From NCBI RefSeq assembly GCF_964204645.1, contig NC_134030.1:12979947-13043946 (forward strand): DNA of 64,000 nt, written 5' to 3'. Both the position numbers and the translations under genes were made by a program. Below, piece after piece: positions 26,735 to 40,123 of the stretch (positions are counted from its first letter, which is position 1; each line of letters starts with the position of its first letter). Source of the stretch: Tubulanus polymorphus (Eukaryota; Animalia; Nemertea). The notes below the pieces were generated by a model that made no database searches, was not told the DNA's origin, and saw only the letters and a program-made list of their open reading frames with translations.

Positions 26735-27165
26735 CTTAACATTCCCGACATACCGAAAATCCGAGATACCGGCACTCCCGACATCCCTAAACTCCTGACA
26801 TACCGGCACTCCTGATATACTGGCAATCCGACATACCGACACTCCTGACAAACCGGCAATGCTGCAAACCTACATACAGACATCCCAGTCATTATTTAAC
26901 CAGGCCAGTTGTTTTGAGAATATATATTTGCAAGGCTGGGGCGTTCGGTTCCAAATAATCCCCTGTAGAGAAATACCGGGATCGTGGGGTGTTTGGTTCC
27001 TAATATTCCCCTAGGGTCGTGGGGCGTTTGGTTCTTTATATTCCCCTGTACAGAGGTGTCGGGATTGTGGGGCGTTCGGTTCCTAATTATAGAGGGGCGC
27101 TGGGATCGTGGTATGTCGGATTGCCGGTATGTCGGGAGTGTCGGAATGTTGGGATTGCCGATGTT
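26735..27165. repeat. Inverted array of ccgacataccg-type repeats flanking ~40-bp direct repeats (MITE-like)
   Basis: ccgacataccg units on the left, cggtatgtcgg on the right; four ggggcgttcggttcc-like units inside. Confidence 0.65.
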
Positions 27166-30100
27166 ATAATTAAAATATAGAATTATGAACCGAATCACTC
27201 TTTCATTTTATATTAAGCTTCCACAATGAGGGAATATATTACCATATTTTATACTTGATCCCTATTTTCTTCATTTTACCCCTTTCAGTGAAGACTTTTT
27301 GGATAGGCTCCAATTATTAGCCATATCCATAAAAAATTCAAATAGCTCCAATCTTACTGAAAGAAAGCTTGTTGGAATGGGGAGGGCTCAAATAACAATA
27401 TGCTTTTTAAATTTTTGAATTATCTTCAGTAGTTTTTGAGATATCGCAAATTGAAGTTTGAAAATTTGAGCGAAAAGTGTCTTCATGTTTCCAATACACA
27501 AAAACTGTGATCTAAGAAGGCAATATTTCATGTATACAAACATCAATATCTCTTTAACTAAAAGAGATAGACTAGAAATTTAAAGAGCAATACACTAATA
27601 GCACTTTCAGGTGACAGTTGAAAGACCCAAAATTTTCATCTGATCCCAAATGACTATGGTTTCCATGGAAACCAGTCGAAAAATGGTAAAGTAATGAAAA
27701 TATCGATGTTAAATCAAAAGTTATGATGTATAAAGGGGATAGAATAACTAGTTATCAATAGTTTATGATTTTTGCCCTAAGTTTATCTAGGAATATCTAT
27801 TATTATATAGATTATTATTATTTGGTTTCCATGGTTACCTCAAGAGAAGTTGTGAAATATTGAGAATATTGATATGATTTCAGGTGAAATTATTTTTTTC
27901 ACTACATAATTTTTTAAATGAATCAGACATGATTGTCAAGGCCTGTCAGTCAGTTCTATAGGCTCCTATTGCAAATTGATTTAAATATACCAATTATATA
28001 CATTATTTGCTAAATGAATTTTAGTAAAGAATAGCAGAAAATCAGGCTTGGCCTAGCTCAAAACGCTGAAATTTGAAATATATTCATGATATCATAATAA
28101 AATCAATCAGTTTAGAAACATCAACCAAGCAATAGTAATGATACTACTAATAATAATTAAATGATAATCAATTTGTTTTGAGCACAATTTCAACAATATT
28201 TTTTATATATTTCAATTTTGCTGCTTTTGAAAAATCCCCTCAGGAGCCTCACTGTCCCATCACGCGCCTCTATTTTTGCCCATCACAAGCCTCAATTCAT
28301 CCCATTAGACGCCTCCCTCTTTCAACAGCCGCTTTAGTTTGAGGTAGCCTAAATACAATGAAGACATCAAACATCTAGGTAATACCGGTTACCGTGGGAA
28401 CCATAAGGTGAGTATTGAGGCGGCCATCTTGAATCTAATTAACTTCCAATTAATTGTAAATAACTCATTCGATATGGCCTTTAGGCCTATATTGTTAGCA
28501 ATAATTCCTCTTCTAGAATATCTCAATGTTCCTAAGATCATATTCCTGCATTTTAAGATGCTCAGATACTAATAATAAGCATTATATTTTCAGATCCTCA
28601 CTTGCCGCAGAAGAATCAGACAAGCATTTGAAGAGATTTATCAAGTTCAGAAAAAATGAATGTATTAAAATGAATGTGTAAACCCTTGTTATTCTTTCAG
28701 AGATCCTTAAAAGACATCTCGAAAAATATCTATATCATGATATCTCAGATTTTGGCTCGCAAGACGGCGGCCATCTTGCTTTATGTTGATATTTCATCGG
28801 AAGTGACCAATTTCAACAAAGTATGTCATGTTTGGTATCTAATGAAAGGTCTTTTTCCAGGAAGTTTCTTCTACTGAATAAGAATGATGACAAACTAGCT
28901 CAATTGAATGTATAAGACAAAGTAATAACAGTCTGTAAATATTGATCCCAGAAGATAAGATGCACAATCAAGAACATTAGGACATCCGTATTCACATCTA
29001 TCATTTCACAATTTAGGGCCTAGCTGATCAGTGAAAATAATCCTAACAAAATGTTTCACTCATCAGTATGGCCACCAATGAAACATTAATACCTCAAAGT
29101 CATCAAAGCTGTATTGGTTTGCTTATTAATGGAGGTTTCGGGAGCCGAAAGTTTTTTTTTTACTAAAACGCGAAATCTGAAGGCCTTAGTTATATAGTTT
29201 TTTTCTGATTTTGAGTAATATATTCAACAACATCAAAAGGATAGACCTACGTAGGCGGTTAGATTTAACCTAAGAGGTTAGATTTAGGTGACCAACATCA
29301 TTTGGCACGAAAAACCATTGATTTGGTATTTTAGGCCTACTGCACTACTGGCGGCAGTTACAATGCAGTGGTAGGCCTAGGAGGCCTCGAGTCAAACTAG
29401 GGGTCCAGGGACACCATGCCCACTTGGGAAGTGGTTCCAAATGCTCAACAATCTAACAATTTCAATAATCAACGCCCCCTGGTGACCATAAACAACTAGG
29501 GGTCCAGGGACACCATGCCCACTTGGGAAGTGGTTTCAAATGCTCAACAATCTAACAATTTCAATATTCAACGCCCCCTGGTGACCATCTACAAAAACCA
29601 ACGACCTTGAAAATCACCACAATCATAGAACATGTCAGCAGCTACGATTTTGTAATTGATTGTGATAACAAAATATGCCTCGTTACCAATTTAATATGGA
29701 AATACTAAGTCATTCTACTATTCAACGCCCCCTGGTGACCATATTCAAAACCCAATGACCTCGAAACTCACCACAATCATAGAACATGTCATGAACTACA
29801 ACTTTGCAATTGATCATGGTAACAAAATATGCCTAGGTACCAATATAATAAGGAAATACTAAGTTATTCTACTATTCAACGCCCCCTGGTGACCATATAG
29901 AAAAACTAATGTCCTTAAAACTCGCAACAATCATAGATGATGTCATGAGCTACAACATTTCAATTGATTGTGGTTACAAAATATGCATAGGTACGAATAT
30001 AATAGCGAAATGCTAAGATATTGTATTATTCAACGCCCCCTGGTGGCCATATACGAAATCCAATTACCTTGAAACTCACCACAATCATAGAACACGTTAT

Positions 30101-30590
30101 GAGCTACAAGTTTCTAATTGATTGTGGTAACAAAATATGCTTAGGTATCAATATAATGTGGAAAAACTTTATCCCACCTACGAATGAGTACTGGTGACAC
30201 CAAGATGGCTGCCAATTGCGTCATAATTGGCTGATGAAAAATACCTGTCTCAGGTATAAAACATCCCTTTCCAAAGAATACCCATCACAAATTGCAATGA
30301 GAAATGGCAAACCAGTAGGAAGCTACAGGACTCAGAATTCGGGCCAAAATTAACATTTTTGGGCACTAAAAAGGTCATAGAACGGCCATCTTGAGTCCGA
30401 CCGACCCAATTTTGTTATGTTGATGGGCCCTGGGGGATTCACATATATCCGAAAGATCAAGGTAATTGATCAAAGCGTCTTCAAAAAGTGCTGATTTTGG
30501 CGAACAACAATGGCTGCCAGTCAGCCATCTTGATTCTGACAGGGCCAGTTTTTGGGCTGAAGATGTGTCTAGGGTAGATACATGTGTAAC

Positions 30591-33500
30591 CAGGGTTCAT
30601 TGTGTCACTGCTGACAGAAATTCACTGCTATTCACTGCCAATGAAAAGTCAAATTCACTGCCATTTGGCTACCTAGTAAAGACATGTTACCAAAAGACTA
30701 CGGATAGAGCCAAAACAATCAAACACCCGCTGAAGAACCAAAAAGCACCAACTAGGAAAATTCGCATAATACTTCATTTATTAAACTTGAACTGCTTTTG
30801 ATTGTCTTCTCATTATAAGGCTTAAAAAGCCAACTAAAATCTAAATGACATAAAGCCATAAAAAGCCATAACAACCATCTAACCATTTTCTACAGTAAAA
30901 ATAATACATGTTCAATATACAAGAGAAATCCAACAATAAATGAGCCAAAGATGAAAAGTTCTTGAATAGACGAGTATATGTCGAGGCGTCAAGCGTACTG
31001 ATGATGGCTAAAGTCTTAATGTTGCTCAATATGTACTAGTCTAATCAAGAACTTTTCATCTTTTGCTCATTTATTGTGGGATTTCTCTTGTATATTCATG
31101 TTACACGGATATTGTGTATCATCTTGATTCGTACATGTTCAATAATACAATAAGCACATCAAACAAAATTAAAATTTCGGTAAAAATTCTACACGCTATC
31201 AATGACCTTTGACTGTGTCTGTATTTCTGTTTTAACAGTTTCCAGTTCAGTTTTTTTACTCTTCACGCTTTTTCTCATTTCGACTGATTTCACTACTAGA
31301 CTATGGGTTTCAGTTTGCTTCTTGGTACCCAATGCCTGCTCTGCAAACAAATCTGCTTGATCTTGCAATGAACTAATGTCAATCTCCAACGCCCTTTTCT
31401 TACTTTACAATTCATCTAATTTCATCACTTCAAGTTTACGTTTTTGAGCTCTAGCGGAATCTTCGTTTTGCTTTCTATTCTTATCAATATAAGCTTTGTA
31501 ACGACTATGTGCAGAGCCGCAATACGATATGAGCTCAGTATTGATTTCAACATTTCTTACACCACCAACACTTTTCACACAATCACAAATGAATCGCAAA
31601 GCACGATATGACAGTTCAGATAAGTTATCTTCCTCAATTTGGCGGTTAACAGAAAAGCCTCGTTCAACGGCAGCTTGGCCATGAGATAACATAAGTAAGT
31701 TCTTCACTACCGGCCACAAATTACTGAAGTCATCAGTACCCATGTAATCATAATACAGACAATCAAGCCTGTCCTTTTTCCAATCAAAATCCACAAAAAC
31801 AGATTTATGTTGTGCCACTTTCATATCTACAAAATCTTCAAATTCATTTCTCAAATCATCGCAATCTTTATCGGGAACAATTCTACAGTGATTTAGCGAT
31901 GAAAGTATTCTTTTGAATTTCGATTTACAAATGTCCGGATGGGAAGCTAGGTATACGGGGTCTAGACACTTCATATTTTGCACTACAGTATATCTAACAG
32001 GTGACTTAGCTTTAATTTTAACCACTACAGCAACTAGAAAAGATCTCACTCGCATTCTAAAGTCCATTGCCATTCTTTCTGAAATTTGCTTCAAAGCAAG
32101 TAATTCTTTCAGTTTTTTCTCTGCAATGTGCCCTACATCTATATCAGTATGAATACGGTAATTGTTAGAGCTCTCAAAATCAATTGCCAAAAGCTTTGAC
32201 AGATTATCAGCGTCTTTCATTAGATCACCTTTAATAAATCTTTTCATTAAACTTCTTAATATAATGAAGAACTGAGGTGCCATAAAAGGCATAAGAGGTC
32301 GATCAATTTGAAAATCAACTAGAAAAGGTCTGAGTATCTTAGCTATTGATAAGAATGCATAAAAACGTGGAATCACAACATCATCTGATGCAGCATTCTT
32401 CACTTCAACGTACGCCTTACATGTTGGCTTTTCACTATTCTTCAATTTCGTTTCCACATACAAAACGTATTTCTGAATAGATGTCCAAATTTCAACTGCT
32501 CTTTCCACTGCAGGAATATTATCCAGCCACCTGTGAAAAAGCAAACAATAATTGAAATAATAAAAACTGTCAATCAAGTAATTCTGTATAATGGATTATT
32601 ATGAACAGATTTACCTATGAGCGCAGAACTTCATCAGAAATATGGAACTACCGGTTACGGTTTCATAATCTTCTCTTCGAGCAGGGGAATCTTTAAACAG
32701 ACTATACAGACTTCGCAATAGTATTTCAATGTCCCATCCAGATTTAGTTGAGCCAGCCTTGAACGAAATATGCACAATATGGAGCCCACAGCTTCCAATA
32801 TTGAGCAAGGTAGACTCTTTGTTGAATTCTGTTTTCACATATTCACTGAATTTGTCATAGAATGACCAGTTGACATTCGGACCGTCCATAGATATTTGAA
32901 AAAGATCGCCATAATTCAATTTGAATTCAGTAAAATGCTGCAGCATGTCAGATGCTCTAGCATGACCGATGAAAGTTGAATCATAGTACCTTGTCACTAC
33001 CTTGTTGTTGTCCCAGTATCGCAAATGTACACCCAATTGTTTTTTTTGGTTGTGATCATTCAGCGACTCGTCAAAGAGCATGACGTATGGGGTACCATTA
33101 AGTTTCGACGAGAACTTTTCACGAAAGTACGGATAAATTCCAAACGAAGCAAGGTATTTACATTTATGTTCACTAAATGTAATTCGGTCTGCGATAACAG
33201 AGTCTGCAAACATTAGCTTAAACAAATCACGCACGTCCTCACAAGATTTGAAAGAAAAATGACCAGTTACAGTCTTCAGAGTCCAAAGAATTTCAGCTTT
33301 TTTGACAGAGTCTTTAGAAACAAAATCATCAATAATGGTGCTGCTACTCCCGGTACTGGTTGTAGGCCTGTTATCAACAACAGACTGTACTCTAAAAAAT
33401 AAAATAGACAAATTATAACCAGTGATAAATAAATGGTCCTAAATAAATCAATTTTTGTTCATTGACATTGTATTATAATTATCAATCAGCCTACCCGTAC

Positions 33501-34496
33501 GTGAGTGACAGTGATCTCCACAGGTTAGCCATGTAGTGAGTAGGTTACCACATGCACAATACTTATTATAAAATTCTGACTTATTGCCGGATTGGGATTC
33601 GAAACCAAATAAAATAATATTTGGCAGTAGTCCACAGAAAACAGCAGGGTCGATGAAAGTTAATTTATATATAGCCTCACCTAACCCTAACCCTATTCTT
33701 TCACGCATGATGTGCGTAAGTAGTCACGTATGGGTAGCCACTTTAGTATAATTGAACACAAATGAAAACATTAATCATTATTTAGAAGAAACGGTCATTT
33801 CAAAAGCACACACTTACTTCCCACAGCGATTGTTGTTGAGATCTTTTTTGCCAAACATATCATCTAATCTAACTGTTTGAGAGACTATCGATCCACCAGA
33901 TAGGTGTAGGTTACTTTTCATGTGAGACTTCAAAGCTCCCAAACCACCGGCTCCAAGTTCGTTCGATTTCATGCAAATTCTACATCTAAACTTATGAATA
34001 GAATTCGGAACACGTTCAATCCAGCTACGGTACTCCGGATGATGAAGCCACGAATCTTGAAATGTACATTTTCCCATCTTTCCACGGTGTAACCGGCCAG
34101 ATATTTTCAAAAAATCCGAACGCAAAACACCGCCATTTGCAATTTTGTGTAACAGGTGCCTGGACCAGGTAGCCATGGCAACCATAAAAATGAAAACTCA
34201 ATAAAATTGAATTGAATTGGTTGGCACGTCGATGGTCACAACACCAATGAATAAAATGAAATTGAATTGCCATCGGCATGACATCGTCGGTATATTTTTT
34301 TGTTCGAAACTCAACGAAATTTCTCATGACATTTCAAAATTGCCACTCTCAGACAAAATTGAACACATTTCTGAATTCACTGCCTCCTTTCCCATTTCCA
34401 CTGCCTTTCTAAAAAATTCACTGCTATTAACAGCCGTGAATAGATTTTTTTCAATTCACTGCTATTCACTGCTTTCACTGCCCGCGACGAACCCTG
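30591..34496 (-). mobile_element. hAT-superfamily transposon (hAT5/hAT6-like), full length
   Basis: Termini cagggttc / gaaccctg; subterminal ttcactgc repeats at both ends; flanked by tgtaac on both sides; splits a HINE copy whose uninterrupted form is at 17631-17670. Confidence 0.9.
31189..34077 (-). CDS. hAT-type transposase, 3 exons (34077-33818, 33391-32615, 32530-31189), one internal TAA at 31405-31407
   Basis: GT-AG introns with consistent phases; N-terminal CxxC...H...H finger; FDES, SMDGPNVN, CGLH, RW and VERGFS motifs; the ORFs on either side of the stop are in frame. Confidence 0.85.
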
Positions 34497-35086
34497 TGTA
34501 ACCCAAATATCAAGACATTACCTTGAAGTGTCTTCAGAACCCAAAATAACTGGATTCCGTCTACGGACGGACGGACGGACGCTACGACGAACGACGGACG
34601 AAAAGTGAACGCAATAGCCCGCTGGGAATCAAGTCCCAAGTGGGCTAAAAAGGAAAGACAAATAAGTAGATATTCATTTCAGGAGCTATCCTAGCATTTC
34701 CTTTAATTGTGAAGATGAATATTTCAACTTATTAGGCAAAGAAGATTGGGAAAAGTTAATTTTTGGTTGGGAAACAATTTGAGCAAGACAAGGCCTGGAT
34801 TCTGGTGGAAAATACTTTAAAAATTTGCCATTCGATAGTCATTATTTTACTTATACTTGGCGGATTTCTTAATAAAGAATGAATTTATGAGTTTTTGGGC
34901 TTCATATGAAGTTATCATTTAGAAAAACGTAAATTTGACCACTTTACCTAGCCTAAAAATTTCCATCCTAGCGTCATATGAAAGCTTATCGTCTGCTCGA
35001 GATTATGACGTAATCAGCAACATGCGCTTATTGGACCGGAAGTGGGCAAAAAACTTTAAAGCAAAACTCGAAACTTAGTGAGCTGA

Positions 35087-35595
35087 AACACAGGCACTCG
35101 CCAATGGGCTTGGGATACAGTTGCTGGGGTTTTTGATAGTGTTTCTGTGTTTTGAGTGGTTATTCTGCAATAAATCCGAGAAAAATTGTATAGGAAAAAC
35201 TTTACAGGCATTGAGACGGCAACACTAGTGTTGCCGTCTCAACGCCTGTGAAGTTTTTCCTATACGCTCACACTTCGTCAACTACCTTTCTTTTATATTA
35301 CTAAAGACGTTTCACAAATTGATAGTCTCACAGTCGGATGGAATAATAGGATATATAACTGTCATATCACTAGTAAGTGTCATATAAAATAAAAGTTTTG
35401 ATTTTAGATTGAAAAACGAAGTTTGTAAGTGTTTTGTGAGGTCGCCGTGTGTGGAGCCAGCGGCCATTATCTTTTTAAACATATCAGTACCAAGACAGAT
35501 TTTTCTCGGATGTATTGCAGAATAACCACTCAAAACACAGATCCACTATCAATAACCCCAGCAACTGTATCCCAAGCCCATCGGCGTGTGCCTGT
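35087..35595. repeat. Nested inverted repeats: ~100-bp outer arms and a 78-bp loopless palindrome (35188-35265)
   Basis: 35087-35185 is the inverted copy of 35500-35595; inner palindrome centred on aacact|agtgtt. Confidence 0.85.
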
Positions 35596-35637
35596 GGCTG
35601 AAACTGGCTGATTAAGCAATCTGTGAAAGTTTCAAAA

Positions 35638-37982
35638 CACTATCAGTCCTTTGAGAGTGCGGAAAATGAGCGGAAAATTCAATGCTGAAAAATAGCTGAA
35701 TTTGAGCGGAAATTTACTGAAAATGAGCGGAATTTAACATCTGTAGCATACCGAAAATGAGCTGAATTTGAGCGGAACGTGTCCCCCTTTCCGCTCATTT
35801 TCTGCTGAGTTCTCTTAGCTGTTTTTGAGCGGAAAATTAACAACAATTCTTTCAGCCTCGATTTGGACTAATTAGCGTTTTCAAATCGAGGCTGAACTAT
35901 TCTGGAATGCCGCTTTCTTAAAAGCTGGCTTATGTCGACAAGCAACGACGCCTACCGAGCAACCGCGATCGCAGCCCAACTTACTGTCTTATGTTGAACC
36001 GATAGAGCAGCAACTAGTGGCTTCTTGAAGGCGATAAACCCAGTTGTGTCGGTAGGCGTCGTGTTGCTTGTCATCATAAGCCATTTATTGGCTCGATTTC
36101 GCACTACGGTGACACAGCATCCCTATTATGATGTAATTTTTGCGTGCTCTTCCTGCCTTAGTGTTCTGATTTTTTAAACAATAGCAACAGCACAGGTACA
36201 GATCCAGAAGGGATTCGGGGGGTCTCCATTTTTCCCCCTTTTCTGATCAAGTGCCCTTTTGAAAATCACACGTGAAAAATTCCACCTGACATTGATCTAT
36301 GACAAAAGTCCACAGTACTTCTTAAAGCTGTAATATGCACTAAAACCGTATAAAAGTGTACCTTAATTTTCAAAATTACCGCAGGACTCCGAAACCTCTT
36401 GCAAAGGAATTGGGAGCGCTCCACCAGGTATATGATAGTCTCATGGTTCCTACGTACAGATTGGTCTTTCCAGAATTTTAGGGCTTTTTTTAGGGTTTTT
36501 TAGATCATAACCTAAATTTTAGGGTCCAATTATAATAAATTATCAACACGGTGTTTCTACTCAAACTAAAAACAAAAATCAAAAGCATATAACCATATGT
36601 ATTAACAAAAACCCATATTTATTCTGCACTGTGTTCATATTCACTAAAGTAACAATGATAATCCTCACGATTAGAATGTCTATGCTCAAATCTGTGAAAT
36701 TGCGTTTAGAGTTTTCATTTCTTCTTCCACAACAGACAGTTCACTGGCTTTTATCTTAAGCACGTCTTCATAATCTATTCGATTGTGTAAGAAGGGAAAG
36801 CGCTCTTTTCTCCTCAGCTTGGTCTGCGAGTGTCCCTGAAGTTGAATTCAATGAAATAATGTCCGTTTCGAGGCGTCTCTTTTTCGATGCGAATTTGACT
36901 AACTCGTCTTCATAGAAAGTCTCAATAGAAGAGTTTGACAATCATTGTAGAAACTCAGTTTAGCATCTTTTATTGCCACTTTGGTTGCAGAGCCAACTTT
37001 GACCTGAAAATCAATATTGGATCAACATGAATTAGAATAAATTTTCTCTGAAAAATATCTTCACTACAAAAGTGCAGCAATAAATATCGCATTCACAGCT
37101 AGTTCCTATTAATGTAACATTTGATGAATATGATATTCCAGGACAGTTGAATATAAAGGCCTATGTAGAATGCAATTTCTTTAAAAGGTTCTTACCTTAA
37201 CAGGAAGAACTTTCTTCTCAAAATCAACATTTGTAATCTTGTATTAGTAACAGCAGACTGCATAACTTCAGGATCAACATAATCGTAACATAAGCCCTCG
37301 TAGAACTGATGATGAGAGCTCTTCTTCTTAACTTTTACTAGCTCGGCTGAGTGGATTGTCGAATTAATCAACCACTCGGCCGAATAACCAACTTTCTGAT
37401 ACAATGCTTGGCCGAGCAAATGGCCGAATAACTTGTCAATTGGGACTGTATTTTATAGCTCCCTCCACGAGTTATGAGGTGCCCTTGTCATATGAGCTGA
37501 ATCAATCCCCCAACCTCCCAGCCTGTATCTCCCCTGCAGCAATCAACAAAGTATATTGGAGTATCACTATACCTAATTAATCTTGGACTCCTTTCTTCCA
37601 TGAACTTTGAAGTAGGATTAATCAAACATAACTTTAAACAATGAAGTTTTTTTCGTTAATGATAATGCAACTTTAAAGTAATAGGAATTTCAGGCTGAAA
37701 TTGAGCTGTAAATCAGCTGAAATAGAACACTGTGGGGTACCAAATTAAGCTCTTTTTTAGCTCAATTTCAGCCAGAAAATGTTTCAATAAATTCTGCTGA
37801 TTTTCAGCCTTTTGTTGCCAGGCGTAATTAGAGCTGAAATCTAGCTGAATTTTCAGGCACTTATAAATTCTTCCTTATTTCAGCTCATTTTCAGCTAGAC
37901 TTATTTCCAGCTCATTTTCAGTCCATTTTCCGCTCATAATTCAGCTCTTTTTCAGCTCAAATTCAGCAATGGGCTGATAGTG
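35638..37982. mobile_element. Non-autonomous CACTA/EnSpm-like element
   Basis: Termini cactatcagtcc / gggctgatagtg; aa(a) on both flanks; dense subterminal gagcggaa/agctgaa repeats and their complements. Confidence 0.75.
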
Positions 37983-38121
37983 AAACTGAGTGATCCAAAA
38001 TCGGCTGATTCTGTCGTAATTGGCGGAAAACGCGGAAATTGGCAGAATAAGACGTTTTTGGATAGTGTTCCTGACTGATTAGGTAACTAAGTCTTTGACT
38101 GTGTGATTGGGTTGTACGAAC

Positions 38122-38200
38122 CGAATAACGACGTAAGCAGTGCTCCAGAACATGACGACATCATTTGTTGAGCCGGAGTAATACAACATTCATCACCCAT
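38122..38200 (-). CDS. SLC25A40: SLC25A39/40-like mitochondrial carrier, coding exon 1
   Basis: ATG at 38200 reads MGDECCITPAQQMMSSCSGALLTSLF plus G, then a GT donor (gttcgt). Matches the family N-terminus (ITPxQQMxxSCSGAxLTSL). Phase 1 joins exon 2 (G|TT = Val). Not in the ORF track. Confidence 0.88.
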
Positions 38201-39019
38201 CTCCTTCCTGGCTTATTTGTCAAAGTTAAATTTCAAAATGCGGCAAAAATGACACATAGGCCTACATACATACATACACGATACAGTACACCGCGAATAC
38301 GCACGAAAAAATAAATTGAATTTAATTGGAAACATAGGCAAACACTCTTGTAAAGGGGTCTGACTATTTCAGATGGCTGGGAGTCACCTTCATTTCGGTC
38401 AACGAATTATGCATTTAGACTTCACCTACGATGTAACGTAGCCCAATACACTGGGTTCGAATCCCGTAAATCGTTCCACGAACTCGGTCCTTCAGCGCAA
38501 TTCGTTCAAACAAAATTCCCATTTTTTGTCTGAATGAAATTCAAATTAATGACCAATAGAAACTTATTTCCAATCAGGAGATCGGCTATCCAAAAGGAAA
38601 ATCCTTAAAAAGTCCTCCCAAATTACATTCAACTTGAAGAAAAATATAAACTAAAACCATGAACATATATGTACCATACAAACTTTTTTATTTCACAAAT
38701 TTCTTAATTTGAATAAACACCACATTGTTCTGATATAAATCAACTTCCACAATTTTAAAATTTGAATATACATGTACATAGTTCTGATTGACTTAATAAA
38801 AATGGATTACAACACGGCCTTACAGCATTTTAATAGTGCATACGGTGCAGATGATGTTAGGTGACAATGAGTACAATATGTTGAATATTACAAGTCATTG
38901 ATATACAAATATGGTGATTGTCAAACATTTCTCTACAACGATCGGGTTAATAAGATATAAAAAATTATTATGTGTAAAAAGTTAAAAAGCAAACCAAAAT
39001 GGCCAAATTAGCTCACCTG

Positions 39020-39127
39020 GGTCCAGTTCCACAGTTCTGAGTTAAGATTTGACCCTGGGTTAAAACATTGAAAATGAACTAACTTTAACTCAGAGTTAAC
39101 TCTAACTCACAACTGTGGAACTGGGTC
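39020..39127. mobile_element. PIF/Harbinger-like MITE
   Basis: TIR ggtccagttccacag / ctgtggaactgggtc; 3-bp TSD ctg. Confidence 0.75.
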
Positions 39128-39205
39128 CTGTTGCTGAAGTGTGCAGAAAATAAATGTTATCAAATTACCTACCTCCAATTATCATATACTACATACTACA
39201 TACTA

Positions 39206-39470
<265 letters not shown>

Positions 39471-40123
39471 TCAGGCGTACTGAGAACAGGATAATATTAC
39501 AAGATATTTATACAAGAACAAAACAATAGAATAGTGATTCTGAATAGTGAGTGAGTGATTAAAAAGTTGAAAGGGGTATAGATTAAAGTAATTTGATATT
39601 TGTGAATATAATATATCATATTTGAAAGTAACTTTTAAACGATATCTTTTTATTGGGCATGTTCCCTTTTTTCGTATCTGTTTTAGAAATAGGGAATTTA
39701 TTTAAATTTGATCCTCCCGAATATAGTCGGTCGGTTGTGTGTATTTAACGATAGTGTATTTCAACTTTGTCGCGCCATATAGGCCTAAAGAAGCCTCTAA
39801 CTGAAATGATAAACGCAGATGCTGGTTTTATATTTCTATAACCTAACAAGCTCGTTGATTTTGCTCTCTTTTCGGATGTGGTCAACTCTTGTGGATAGTT
39901 ACCCCCACATATGCCGTACGGCCTGATGCACAGAATGACATATACTACGAGCCCCCCCCCCCTCCAACTACAAGCTCCGCTAACCTTCGGTCGCAGCGTA
40001 GCTAGGGCTCCGCACCAAGTTCAGTGCTCGGCTTCATTGATGAAAGACAGTTTGAATTTCATTCAAAAATTTAACATGAAGTCATGTTTAGATCAATAGA
40101 TTAGTTATTTATGGAACTAGTAC

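Larger units (their letters stand above)
29395..34651 (-). mobile_element. HINE-like family B copy with duplicated terminus, split by the hAT element
   Basis: Terminus at 29395 and again at 29494; units at 29567, 29721, 29875, 30029 (154-bp period); resumes at 34497 and ends in the hairpin at 34616-34650. Confidence 0.85.
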
